From Candidatus Uhrbacteria bacterium (GTDB taxonomy: Bacteria > Patescibacteriota > Patescibacteriia > UBA9934 > GWF2-40-263): a DNA stretch of 62,087 nt. Below the pieces are notes generated by a model that was not told where the DNA came from, did no database searches, and was given only the letters and a program-made list of their open reading frames with translations. This document shows, piece by piece, positions 8,888 through 18,477 of this stretch. The stretch lies in contig JABMNY010000019.1 in the NCBI GenBank assembly GCA_013204385.1, positions 1 to 62,087 on the forward strand, written 5' to 3'. How positions within the stretch are numbered: the stretch's first letter is position 1; every line of letters starts with the position of its first letter. Made by a program: the position numbers and the translations under genes.

Positions 8888-9736
8888 CTACTGTTCCTGC
8901 TTGGAACGTGCCGAAGCGTTGCGACGGCGGGTGAGATCGATGGGATCTTCGAGGGACTTATTGACCTCGGCGTGAGCATGATCCTCGCTTTGGGCGTCTT
9001 GCAAGGTATTGGTGACCGCCCTCATGAGGGCTGTGTATTGGTCGTCGAGATCGGTGTTTGTCATGCCCGTGAGACTGCGGTCGAGCATGACTGCCTCCAG
9101 GGCGTCGAGCTGTTCCCGACAATTCGACTCGAGACTCTGGAGTCTGGCATGCCTGGAAACGAGTGCGTCGAAGCGCTCGCGGACGATTTTTTGCGCCATG
9201 GACCAGTTCGACATATTCTCGGGTAACTTCTCGATCAGGGGTCGCAATTGCTCAAGACCCTTTGTGTGCAGAGCGATCTTCGCGACGAGCCTGGGGAGTG
9301 CCCCAGTTGCCAGGTCGAGTAGTTGTTGTCGCAGAGGGTCGTCGACGGGAGTACTTTTGGCCAGATCCATGACACGTTTGATCTGTTCGTCGTCGAGATT
9401 GGTCTGAGGACTTACTGGTTCACTCTCGGACATCTTGATTCCGATCATGAGCGTGATACAGGTGATGATTAAGGCGCATACGCCCCATAAGGATCCAAAC
9501 TCGCCGACCCAGATCCCAGTGGGGATGCAGATCATGAGCATGCTACCCAAGAGAGCGGAGCTCTGTCTCTTCGATTCTGGTTTATGTATTCCGATGAGGA
9601 AACTCACAATACACAACAGAATGAGTGGCGGAACCGCTTCCCAGCCGAAGCCTGTGAAGTAGTAGCCAGGATGGAGCATTTGCTCAGTTGTATCAGCAAT
9701 TGGTGCTATCGACGGATGAAGTGGTGGAAAGGGCAT
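8888..9736 (-). CDS. hypothetical membrane protein: N-terminal TM helices plus long helical/coiled-coil C-terminus
   Basis: ORF-track 8888..9802, but its TTG start lies inside the -35 box; ATG 9736 has a GGAG SD. Confidence 0.7.
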   Translation of the reverse strand: MPFPPLHPSIAPIADTTEQMLHPGYYFTGFGWEAVPPLILLCIVSFLIGIHKPESKRQSSALLGSMLMICIPTGIWVGEFGSLWGVCALIITCITLMIGIKMSESEPVSPQTNLDDEQIKRVMDLAKSTPVDDPLRQQLLDLATGALPRLVAKIALHTKGLEQLRPLIEKLPENMSNWSMAQKIVRERFDALVSRHARLQSLESNCREQLDALEAVMLDRSLTGMTNTDLDDQYTALMRAVTNTLQDAQSEDHAHAEVNKSLEDPIDLTRRRNASARSKQEQ

Positions 9737-9773
9737 TTCTTCTCCATGTCCAGAGATATTCTCAGGATGAAGT

Positions 9774-9802
9774 AACATATGGGAAATAATTCCATATGTC
9801 AA
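9774..9802 (-). promoter_or_regulatory. promoter TTGACA-17-TATGTT overlapped by inverted repeat ACATATGG-N9-CCATATGT
   Basis: Read directly from sequence; repeat arms 9775-9782 and 9792-9799. Confidence 0.6.
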
Positions 9803-9821
9803 TCAATTGTGGATTGCTTCC

Positions 9822-9850
9822 TTGCAAAAATCAACTAAAAGACGCATAAT
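9822..9850 (+). promoter_or_regulatory. secA promoter TTGCAA-17-CATAAT, 8 nt before ATG (leaderless-like)
   Basis: Hexamers and spacing read from sequence. Confidence 0.55.
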
Positions 9851-9858
9851 CTGCGCGT

Positions 9859-12600
9859 ATGTCAAAGATTTTAAAGGTCATTTTTGGAGATCCAAATAAG
9901 AAAATGTTGAGTTCGCTCGAGGGAGATGTTGCAAAAATAAACGCGTTTGAAGCGTCTTTGCAAGGTCTTACAGATGCACAGCTCAAGGCAAAGACGGTCG
10001 AATTTAAAGAGCGTCTTGCGCAAGGTGAAGTGATTGACGACCTTGTGCATGAGGCGTTTGCGGTTGTACGCGAAGCAGGAAAGCGCACATTGGGGCAACG
10101 TCACTACGATGTTCAACTTATTGGTGGGCTTGTGATGCATCGCGGACAGATTGCGGAGATGCGTACAGGAGAAGGAAAAACATTGACCGCCACACTCGCT
10201 TTGTATACCAACGCTCTACGTGGACAAGGGTGTCACCTTGTAACCGTGAACGATTACTTAGCTAGACGTGATGCTGTTTGGATGGGGCAGGTATTCGATT
10301 TTCTTGGGATGAGTATTAGTTGTATTCAGCAAGACGGCGGACTCATGTATGACCCTGCATTCAAGCACGTGGAGGGAAGTCTTGAGGAATCAGAGGCAGA
10401 CAAGGAACGAGATCAAACCGGAAGTTTTGCGGTGAAAGAGGATTATCTGCGACCATGCTCTCGAAAGGAAGCGTATGACGCAGACATTACCTACGGAACA
10501 AACAACCAGTTTGGATTTGATTATTTGCGTGACAACATGGCGCCGGCTCTTGATCAGTGTGTGATGCGTGAACTTCACTACGCGATCATCGACGAAATCG
10601 ATTCTATTTTGGTGGACGAAGCGCGGACACCGCTTATTATTTCTGCGCCTGCGGAAAAATCGAATGACTTGTACGTGCGTTTTTCACAGATCGCACAAAC
10701 ATTAAAGGAGAACGAAGATTTTAACATTGATGAGAAGATGCGGGCGTCCACGCTTACGGAAGAAGGGATTGAAAAGATTGAACGCGCGCTTGGGATTGAA
10801 AATTTGTACGCGATCGATCAAGGAATGTATCAACGCTTTGCGGACACAGCTCTTCGAGCCCGCGCAAACTACCAGCTCGATGTGCATTATGTTGTGAAGG
10901 AGGGGGAGGTGATTATTGTGGATGAGTTTACAGGGCGTCTTATGCAAGGGCGTCGTTTCTCTGAAGGAATCCATCAAGCCATTGAAGCAAAGGAGGGGGT
11001 GAACATCAAAAACGAAAGTCGAACCATGGCAACGATTACGTTCCAAAATCTCTTTCGCATGTATCACAAATTGTCTGGAATGACAGGAACAGCTGCCACA
11101 GAAGCAGAGGAGTTTTCAAAGATTTATAATTTGGAAGTTGTTGAGATTCCAACCAATCGGCCAATCAATCGAACAGACGCACAGGATCGTGTCTATAAGA
11201 CAGAAGTAGGGAAGTTTATGGCACTTGCCCGTGACGTAAAGGAGTATCAAGAAAAGGGTCAACCTGTCTTGATTGGAACGGTGAGCGTAGAAAAAAATGA
11301 AATGGTTTCTGCCTTGTTCACTAAGTCAGGAATTCGACACGAAGTTTTAAATGCAAAAAATCATGCACGTGAAGGAGAAATTATTGCCCAAGCCGGTCGT
11401 AAAGGATCCGTCACCATTGCGACAAACATGGCAGGACGTGGAGTGGACATTAAACTTGGAGGAGTGCCTTCCTCAAAAGAGGAGGAAGCAGAAGTGGTGG
11501 CACTCGGTGGCCTTCATGTTATTGGAACAGAGCGTCATGATTCCAGACGCATCGATAATCAGTTGCGTGGGCGTTCAGGGCGACAGGGAGATCCAGGGTA
11601 TACGCAGTTCTATCTTTCTATGGAAGACAGTCTTATGCGGATCTTTGGTTCGGATCGCGCAAAGGGGATGATGGATCGGCTTGGAATCCCAGATGATCAG
11701 GCGATTGAAGCAAAGATGATTTCTGGTTCTATTGAAAAAGCACAAACACGTGTGGAAGGACATCATTTTGATTCACGAAAGCATCTTCTTGAATACGATG
11801 ATGTGTTGAATAAGCATCGTGAAATTATTTATGCGCGACGCCGAGAGGTTCTTGAAACATTCGCGCATGAGCCAGCAAACCTTCGTGACCGGATTCTTGA
11901 TATTATTGAGGGAGAGATTGAACAAGTTGTGTTATTCCATTCTTCTGAAATTGGACCGACGGGAAGTTGGGATGTGAAGGAGATTGTTGAATCTGTAAAT
12001 TCGATTGTTTCGCTTAGTGATGCCCAAAAAATAGAACTTGCAGATCTAGGGCAAGAAGCAACAAAGGACAAGGAAGAGTTGGCACAGGGGCGTTCAATTG
12101 TGATCGGGAAGATTATGGATCTTATCCGAACACAATATGATTCTTTATCTGATGTATTTGAAGATCGTCAAAGTGTGTACGCCATTGAGCGAGGAGTACT
12201 CTTGAGAGCAATTGATATTCTCTGGATTGATCATCTTGCCGCCATGTCTGCATTACGAACAGGAATTGGTCTTCAGGGCTACGGTCAGCGTGATCCGCTG
12301 GTTGAGTACAAAAAAGAAGGGTATAACCTTTTTCAGCAGTTACTCGGATCGATTAACAATGAGATTACACAGACGTTCTTTAAGTACGCCAAGCATGCGG
12401 TGGACATGAAAGTCCAAGCTGAACTCGGACGTTCTGTGTTTCAAAAAGCTGGTATTACTTTGCAAGGCGCGAAGAAGACAAGCGATGGTGGAACAGAAAC
12501 CCGAGCATCTTCAACAGATTCAAACGAACCAAAAATCGGTCGCAACGATCCATGCCACTGCGGATCAGGAAAGAAATTTAAAAAGTGCCACGGGGCATAA
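9859..12600 (+). CDS. secA: preprotein translocase ATPase SecA
   Basis: MRTGEGKT, DEIDSILVDEARTPL, TNMAGRGVDI, QLRGRSGRQG, C-terminal SEC-C (RNDPCHCGSGKKFKKCHG). Confidence 0.99.
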   Translation: MSKILKVIFGDPNKKMLSSLEGDVAKINAFEASLQGLTDAQLKAKTVEFKERLAQGEVIDDLVHEAFAVVREAGKRTLGQRHYDVQLIGGLVMHRGQIAEMRTGEGKTLTATLALYTNALRGQGCHLVTVNDYLARRDAVWMGQVFDFLGMSISCIQQDGGLMYDPAFKHVEGSLEESEADKERDQTGSFAVKEDYLRPCSRKEAYDADITYGTNNQFGFDYLRDNMAPALDQCVMRELHYAIIDEIDSILVDEARTPLIISAPAEKSNDLYVRFSQIAQTLKENEDFNIDEKMRASTLTEEGIEKIERALGIENLYAIDQGMYQRFADTALRARANYQLDVHYVVKEGEVIIVDEFTGRLMQGRRFSEGIHQAIEAKEGVNIKNESRTMATITFQNLFRMYHKLSGMTGTAATEAEEFSKIYNLEVVEIPTNRPINRTDAQDRVYKTEVGKFMALARDVKEYQEKGQPVLIGTVSVEKNEMVSALFTKSGIRHEVLNAKNHAREGEIIAQAGRKGSVTIATNMAGRGVDIKLGGVPSSKEEEAEVVALGGLHVIGTERHDSRRIDNQLRGRSGRQGDPGYTQFYLSMEDSLMRIFGSDRAKGMMDRLGIPDDQAIEAKMISGSIEKAQTRVEGHHFDSRKHLLEYDDVLNKHREIIYARRREVLETFAHEPANLRDRILDIIEGEIEQVVLFHSSEIGPTGSWDVKEIVESVNSIVSLSDAQKIELADLGQEATKDKEELAQGRSIVIGKIMDLIRTQYDSLSDVFEDRQSVYAIERGVLLRAIDILWIDHLAAMSALRTGIGLQGYGQRDPLVEYKKEGYNLFQQLLGSINNEITQTFFKYAKHAVDMKVQAELGRSVFQKAGITLQGAKKTSDGGTETRASSTDSNEPKIGRNDPCHCGSGKKFKKCHGA

Positions 12601-12603
12601 ATC

Positions 12604-12642
12604 AAAACCGCCTGGATCAAGCTCAGCTTGCCAGGCGGTTTT
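12604..12642. terminator. terminator after secA
   Basis: AAAACCGCCTGG...CCAGGCGGTTTT inverted repeat. Confidence 0.8.
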
Positions 12643-12660
12643 GTGATAAAATCTGGTTCT

Positions 12661-13107
12661 ATGAATGAAGAACTTACGCAAATAACAAGGCAGGTTCTTG
12701 GGCGGGGGTATGTGATGTCGTTGGGGATCGTAGATGAGAATGGTCCATGGGTAGCGGATGTGATTTATGTGTTTGATGAGGAGCTGAATGTGTATTGGAT
12801 GAGTAAAACTGTGCGCCGACATTCTTTGGCGATTGATGGACAGTACTCGCGTGTTGCCGTGACAATTACAGTGACTCATTCAGCTCATCAATTAGATGAG
12901 GGGGTACAGATGGCAGGCATGGCTATGCAGGTTGAAAATCCGTCAGAGGAGCTCATAAAACAATGGATGGAGAAAAAACAAAAAATGTACGTTTCTGAAA
13001 TGGGGGTCGTTTTGCCTGATCATGTTTGGTACAAATTTATTCCCGATAAAATTAAACTTATTCACGAAGAAAAGTTTGGATACGAGAGACAAGACGTAAA
13101 CGTATGA
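12661..13107 (+). CDS. pyridoxamine 5'-phosphate oxidase-like FMN-binding split-barrel protein
   Basis: MSLGIVDENGPWVADVIY...LNVYWMS...RHS...RVAVTI...GVQMAG pattern; start moved to MNEEL. Confidence 0.75.
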   Translation: MNEELTQITRQVLGRGYVMSLGIVDENGPWVADVIYVFDEELNVYWMSKTVRRHSLAIDGQYSRVAVTITVTHSAHQLDEGVQMAGMAMQVENPSEELIKQWMEKKQKMYVSEMGVVLPDHVWYKFIPDKIKLIHEEKFGYERQDVNV

Positions 13108-13475
13108 AATCATTCTTTAGACCCGTAGACAAAAAAGGGATACTACTCTGGATTATTTTTGCACTGCTAGGCACATTTGCGAGTAAGAGTTTTTTGAATG
13201 TTCCGCTCTTCGTATCAATTTTATTAGGACTCAATAGTAGTGTGTATCTCGTGATGGTGATCGATAAGATTCAAGCTGTGCAATCTGGTCGCCGTCTTTC
13301 TGAGCGCTCGCTCTACTTCATGACGTTGTTTGGAAGTTCTTTAGGAATGATTGCTTCAATGTATACCTTACGCCATAAAAGTCGAAAAACTTCGTTCCAG
13401 ATGGTAGTATGGGGTATAATTATCCTACAGTCTCTTATTCTTTATTCTATTTATTCTTCTTCATTGATCTTATGA
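13104..13475 (+). CDS. DUF1294 membrane protein
   Basis: IDK..A...RRLSERSL...GSSLG...RHKSRK signature. Confidence 0.85.
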   Translation: MKSFFRPVDKKGILLWIIFALLGTFASKSFLNVPLFVSILLGLNSSVYLVMVIDKIQAVQSGRRLSERSLYFMTLFGSSLGMIASMYTLRHKSRKTSFQMVVWGIIILQSLILYSIYSSSLIL

Positions 13476-14068
13476 AAAAGCAATTTTCACCAACGCTGAT
13501 CGTATTAGGTGTCGTCGGACTTGTTATCTTTGCCATTATCGCTTGGTTTATTGGAACCTATAATGGTTTTATTCAATTGCGCACAACGGCAGATGCGGGT
13601 TGGGCACAGGTTGAGACACAGTATCAGCGACGGGCTGATTTGATTCCACAACTAATCGCGACTGTTGAGGGAGCAGCAAACTTCGAAAAAGGCGTGCTCG
13701 TAGAAGTGACAGAAGCGCGGACAAATTGGCTCAATACACAAGCTAGCAGCACAGCTTCTCTTGATGAGCAGATGGCAGCGTCCAGCGCATTTGATTCAGC
13801 GGTTTCACGTTTACTTGTGACCGTTGAAGCCTATCCAGCCATTACGGCAACAGAGAATTTTTTAACACTTCAATCTCAATTAGAAGGAACAGAGAATCGT
13901 ATCGCGGTGGCTCGAAAGGATTATAATGAGATTGTACTTCCCTATAACACAGCTATTGCATTAGTTCCTGGTCGCTTTGTAGCTAACCTATTTGCGTTCA
14001 CAGCGTATCCCTATTTTGAGTCTAATGAAGGTGCAGAATCTGCTCCTGTCGTAGATTTCAACTTCTAG
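13472..14068 (+). CDS. lemA: LemA family protein
   Basis: YNGFIQL...WAQVETQYQRRADLIPQL...VEAYP...F..LQ.QLEGTENRIAVARKDYN; ATGA overlap with upstream gene. Confidence 0.93.
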   Translation: MKKQFSPTLIVLGVVGLVIFAIIAWFIGTYNGFIQLRTTADAGWAQVETQYQRRADLIPQLIATVEGAANFEKGVLVEVTEARTNWLNTQASSTASLDEQMAASSAFDSAVSRLLVTVEAYPAITATENFLTLQSQLEGTENRIAVARKDYNEIVLPYNTAIALVPGRFVANLFAFTAYPYFESNEGAESAPVVDFNF

Positions 14069-14071
14069 TCT

Positions 14072-14959
14072 ATGAAGCGTTTGCTCCTCATTTTTGCGTT
14101 TGTCATTAGCATTCCATTTCCTGTCTTTGCCTTAGATGTGCCGGTCGCTCCAACGCAATATATTCTTGATAATGCTGAGATTTTTTCAGCTGAATTTGAA
14201 ACAAAATTGATTCAACAACTGACGGATCTTGAAGAGCAGACATCAGCTGAAATAGGTATATTGACCATTCCAACCTTGGAGGATGAAGATCTGGCAGAGT
14301 ATGCAAACAAGATTTTTCGTGCGTGGGGCATTGGGCAAGATCCAGCGGATAATGGTTTGTTGATTCTCATTTCCTCTGGTGATCATCAAGCTCGGATTGA
14401 AGTTGGATATGGTTTGGAGGGGCGTGTGACGGATGCGAATGCGCTTTCCATTCTGACAAATCTCATGGTTCCTTCATTCAAAGAAGGGGATTATGAAACA
14501 GGTGTTCAACTTGCGATTGATGAACTCTCGCGTGAAGTTCAATTAGAGGCAGAGGAAGAGGGCTTTGGGCAAGTCACCAAAAAGGAATCTCCGTACGCCT
14601 CAACGATTCTTGGAGGAGTAATCATTTATCTGCTCTTCTCTATTCTTGGAGTGCTCTATGGATCAATGAAGAAGGAGAAGAGAGAGAAAATACAAAAGTC
14701 ACCTATCTTACCTCTTATTGCATTTGCAACACTTCTTTTCGTAGGAGCAAATTGGATTGCTTGGCTTCTTGATGGAGCATTTGCGTTGATTCTTCACACA
14801 GTTCTTGCCAAAGGCACCTTTCCTTCAGTCAAAAAACGCGGGGGAAAGTGGTGGAATTCTGGTGGTCCCTTTAGTGGAGGATCTGGTGGTGGAAGTGGCG
14901 GAAGCGGAGGATTTGGTGGAGGATCGTCAGGTGGTGGAGGATCAAGTAGTTCTTGGTAA
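14072..14959 (+). CDS. TPM (YgcG/DUF477) domain membrane protein with Gly-rich tail
   Basis: W.IGQ...DNGLLILI...RIEVGYGLEG..TD; GGGSSGGGG C-terminus; typical LemA neighbour. Confidence 0.9.
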   Translation: MKRLLLIFAFVISIPFPVFALDVPVAPTQYILDNAEIFSAEFETKLIQQLTDLEEQTSAEIGILTIPTLEDEDLAEYANKIFRAWGIGQDPADNGLLILISSGDHQARIEVGYGLEGRVTDANALSILTNLMVPSFKEGDYETGVQLAIDELSREVQLEAEEEGFGQVTKKESPYASTILGGVIIYLLFSILGVLYGSMKKEKREKIQKSPILPLIAFATLLFVGANWIAWLLDGAFALILHTVLAKGTFPSVKKRGGKWWNSGGPFSGGSGGGSGGSGGFGGGSSGGGGSSSSW

Positions 14960-14962
14960 GCA

Positions 14963-15020
14963 TAAAACACTGGGAATCCCCAGTGTTTTTAGAAATGAAA
15001 AGAGCCCAGTATATGGGCTC
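14963..15020. terminator. two adjacent hairpins terminating convergent genes
   Basis: TAAAACACTGGG-AATC-CCCAGTGTTTT(TA) at 14963-14991 and AAAA-GAGCCCA/TGGGCTC at ~14998-15020. Confidence 0.7.
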
Positions 15021-16308
15021 AGATGAGAGCGATCTGTCCGACAAGTCCGTCAGAAATTGCGTGAATGGTTCTTGTCCTAGCGAGGAGCTTCCGGACAATG
15101 TACTGGTGAACATTGTCTGGGATTGCAATGATCCCTCCGCCGGAAATTCCTGTATCAAAATCGGGCATGAGGGCATGTACGTTGATCCCACTATGTGTGG
15201 TGCTAATAGCGATCACTCGTCGAGTGATCTGAATGACGGCACCAGCTTGAAAAGCGGCTCGAATCATGAATGAGCCATAGTCTGGATGAGGATCATTCTG
15301 CCAGAAAAGAATCTGTTCTGGATTGAAACGCGTGTTTGTCTGATTGACTGCGTACTCAATTCCACCAGATCCAGCATAAAGGAGCCATCTTGCGATGTCT
15401 GTTGATGTTAGACATGCAGTACCTTTACACAAGAATGCTCGATTGACAGCAGGTGTTGTTACAAGAGTATTCTTGAGTGATTGTATGGGTGCTCCATGAC
15501 ATCGAACATGGTTCGGAGATGGACGTATCTGAACGAGGTGCCAGACCTCAGGAGTATCTGGGTGGATGATCAACTCAAGTTGAACTCCGAACGAAATCCC
15601 CAATGCGTTGACGTGTTCCCAGAGTTCCTGAGCGAGACGCAGAAGAGGGAAGGTGAGACATGATCCCGTGAAGAGTTCTCCTGCACAATGATCAAGAAGG
15701 AATGTACCGCTGATGGGATCAATTACTTCATGACGACCCTCGTGATCTCTGGTGGCAGAAGTAAAAGTGCGTATTCCATCAGTACGCAATTCTTCTCTTC
15801 CGGTTGATATCCGGATGATGGGTCGCTTAAGGATCTGACTGAAAGCGATATCCACAACGATACCAATCCCGTCGATGAATTTCTGAAGGACTACTGGGTG
15901 GCGTCCATTAGAAATTTCTCTGGCATGATTCATGACTCGTGATGTGTGAAGAATTGTTCGGGAGTGTTGTTCTCCACTGTTGCCACTAAGCCAATCTTCC
16001 CAAAAGGTTGAGCTACGAACCTTGATCCTGGATTCTTCTACCTGGATCCAATCTGTGAATTTAGGTGTTGGATTGTGCCATGGTGTGGTGGAAGGAAGTG
16101 AAATCCAGGAGGGGACGCACAGATGATTCGATCCACGAGCCAGTCGATCACAGATTGAAAGGCCGAGTGCTTTGCCTCCTTCTAAATAGAGCTTGTCGAT
16201 AAGACTTCTCGTGCCCAAGTTGTCCACGAGCTCCCCTGGGAGCTGATCCAGCACGATCGCTGGATTTTGCTGGTCATAGACCCATCCATCTGTGCTGAAT
16301 ACTGGCAT
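15019..16308 (-). CDS. PEP/pyruvate-binding (PPDK N-terminal ATP-grasp-like) protein with putative C-terminal phosphohistidine domain
   Basis: EGGKALGL, VVLQKFI, LVQIRP, STTHSGI, ISDGLVGQI motifs; GGAG SD. Confidence 0.55.
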   Translation of the reverse strand: MPVFSTDGWVYDQQNPAIVLDQLPGELVDNLGTRSLIDKLYLEGGKALGLSICDRLARGSNHLCVPSWISLPSTTPWHNPTPKFTDWIQVEESRIKVRSSTFWEDWLSGNSGEQHSRTILHTSRVMNHAREISNGRHPVVLQKFIDGIGIVVDIAFSQILKRPIIRISTGREELRTDGIRTFTSATRDHEGRHEVIDPISGTFLLDHCAGELFTGSCLTFPLLRLAQELWEHVNALGISFGVQLELIIHPDTPEVWHLVQIRPSPNHVRCHGAPIQSLKNTLVTTPAVNRAFLCKGTACLTSTDIARWLLYAGSGGIEYAVNQTNTRFNPEQILFWQNDPHPDYGSFMIRAAFQAGAVIQITRRVIAISTTHSGINVHALMPDFDTGISGGGIIAIPDNVHQYIVRKLLARTRTIHAISDGLVGQIALI

Positions 16309-16421
16309 GATTGCTCCATGGGTGAGCCTTCACTCAATCATAACTCCAAAGCCTCGTCAACGGTTGTCCACTTGCGAGAGAGGTCGTAATCCCTTACACT
16401 ATCGCCGATATATATTTCTCT

Positions 16422-18476
16422 ATGCAAACTTGGAAATTAAAGAAAAAGACAAAGAAAGTTCAGCAAAAAAATTGGAAACCTCGATTTTTCGCAGTGATCG
16501 CTCTTCTTGCTACACTTACCATGGGGTTTTATGATTTTCCTGGCATTTGGAATCAAGGAGCTCAGTTTGTAGAAGCAAAAACTGGTTGGCTCCCACTCAC
16601 GTTGGTAGATGAGCCTTTTCGACTAGGCCTTGACCTTCAAGGGGGAACACATCTTATTTATGAGGCAGACATGTCTCAAATTCCAGATGAGGATCGAATT
16701 GATGCGCTCGAAGGTGTCCGTGATGTGATCGAACGTCGAGTGAACGCATTTGGTGTCTCTGAGCCTGTTGTGCAAACAACGACGACTGGAGGCACATATC
16801 GGATTATTATCGAACTTGCAGGTGTCTTAGATGTTTCCGATGCAATTAATCTAATTGGAGAAACACCCGTTCTTGAATTTAAAGAACCAGGATCCGAAGT
16901 TGTGGAAGATCCTACAGAAGATGAGCTGGCTCAGCTTGCTGCGCTCAATGAAGGGGAGCGTGCTTCCGCGCAAACAGTTCTAAATAACGCACTTGCGGGT
17001 GAGGATTTTGATGCGCTTGTTGCAGAGTTTAGTACAGAACGAAATAAAGATACGACGAAAGGGATTATAGAAAATATTACTGCTGATTCCTACTATTCTG
17101 ATTATGCAGTACTTATTAAACAGCGTGGACTCTATACAGGACAAGTAAACAGAAACTTGATTGAGAATGATGATGGCATTAGTCTCTTTAAGTATCTGAG
17201 TCCTGGTGAGCAGATTGAAATGGAGCTTTCACACATTCTTGTCTGTTTTAAAGGAGCTACAGGATGTGTCAGTGATATTTCTACACTAGAGGCATCTATT
17301 CAAATAAACAAAATTAAGGATGAAGTCACCGTCGATAATTTTGCAGAGCTCGCAAAACAATATTCAACGGATCCTTCAGCTGCTTCAAATGAGGGAGGTC
17401 TCGGATGGGCGACGGCTGATAGTTATGTGACAACGTTTAGTATTGCAGCTGCCGGGTTAGACGTTGGTGAGATTTCTGATGTTGTCGAATCAGAATTTGG
17501 ATTTCATCTTATTTACAAACAAGATCAACGATCTACACAGGCATACACAATTCAGCGTGTACTGATGCCTTTGAGTACTATCTATGACATTATTCCAACC
17601 CCATCTCCATGGGTAAATACGGAACTGTCTGGAAAATATTTAGAGAGAGCGGGAGTAGAGTTTGACCAAAATACTGGAACTGCCCATGTTGCACTCACGT
17701 TTAACGCAGAAGGAGGAGACCTCTTTGGTCAACTCACAGAGGCACATATAGGGGAACCTATTGCGATTTTCCTTGATGGTGTTCCTATTTCAACGCCGGT
17801 CGTTCAGCAAGCAATTTATGGTGGTCGAGCGGTGATTACTGGTGACTTTACCGTTGAAGAAGCAAAGCTCTTGGCTCAACGATTAAATGCCGGCGCGCTC
17901 CCCGTGCCAGTTAATCTTCTTTCTCAACAAACAGTTGGACCAACATTAGGAGCCTCATCTCTTCAAAAAAGTATTGTTGCGGGGCTATTTGGATTCTTGC
18001 TTGTGGCGCTTTATATGATCGCTGCTTATCGCCTTCCAGGTCTTGTTGCTGTTGTGGCACTGTTACTCTTTGCTTTCTTAAACCTTGCAGCATATCGTTT
18101 ATTTGGTGTCACAATCACATTAGCAGGAATTGCTGGACTCGTTCTTTCGCTTGGAATTGCGGTAGATGCAAACGTATTGATCATTGAGCGATTTAAAGAA
18201 GAATATGCAGCTGGAAGAGATTTTATCTCCTCAGTTGATGAAGCCTTTAAGCGAGCTTGGACAGCAATTCGTGACGGAAATGTAACAACCTTAATTGCGG
18301 CTGGTGTACTCTATTGGTTTAGCTCAAGCTTTATTCGTGGATTTGCACTAACACTTTCCATTGGTGTGATTCTTAGTATGTTTACGGCCATCGTAGTTTC
18401 ACGCGTGTACCTCAAGTCTTTGTTGCTCTGGAAAGGGATTCGAAAACCAAGTCTCTTTGGTGTTAAACGGTCATAG
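16422..18476 (+). CDS. secD: protein translocase subunit SecD with inserted parvulin (PpiC-type) PPIase domain(s)
   Basis: LGLDLQGG, IERRVNAFGVSEP, GALPVP, G.AVDANV...ERFKEE, DGNVTT; insert with SHILV...STDP...GGLGW...EFGFHLI. Confidence 0.95.
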   Translation: MQTWKLKKKTKKVQQKNWKPRFFAVIALLATLTMGFYDFPGIWNQGAQFVEAKTGWLPLTLVDEPFRLGLDLQGGTHLIYEADMSQIPDEDRIDALEGVRDVIERRVNAFGVSEPVVQTTTTGGTYRIIIELAGVLDVSDAINLIGETPVLEFKEPGSEVVEDPTEDELAQLAALNEGERASAQTVLNNALAGEDFDALVAEFSTERNKDTTKGIIENITADSYYSDYAVLIKQRGLYTGQVNRNLIENDDGISLFKYLSPGEQIEMELSHILVCFKGATGCVSDISTLEASIQINKIKDEVTVDNFAELAKQYSTDPSAASNEGGLGWATADSYVTTFSIAAAGLDVGEISDVVESEFGFHLIYKQDQRSTQAYTIQRVLMPLSTIYDIIPTPSPWVNTELSGKYLERAGVEFDQNTGTAHVALTFNAEGGDLFGQLTEAHIGEPIAIFLDGVPISTPVVQQAIYGGRAVITGDFTVEEAKLLAQRLNAGALPVPVNLLSQQTVGPTLGASSLQKSIVAGLFGFLLVALYMIAAYRLPGLVAVVALLLFAFLNLAAYRLFGVTITLAGIAGLVLSLGIAVDANVLIIERFKEEYAAGRDFISSVDEAFKRAWTAIRDGNVTTLIAAGVLYWFSSSFIRGFALTLSIGVILSMFTAIVVSRVYLKSLLLWKGIRKPSLFGVKRS

Positions 18477-18477
18477 T

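Noticed and set aside
8753-9226. 157-aa plus-strand ORF
   Set aside because: Overlaps the 8888 gene antisense and crosses a terminator hairpin; no start signals.
10340-10450. Insertion in SecA NBD1 as a possible intein or mobile insert
   Set aside because: Short (~35 aa), acidic, and without intein N- or C-terminal motifs; more likely a lineage-specific loop.
14870-14955. GGTGG/GGAGG-rich low-complexity tract
   Set aside because: Normal Gly/Ser-rich tail of TPM-domain proteins.
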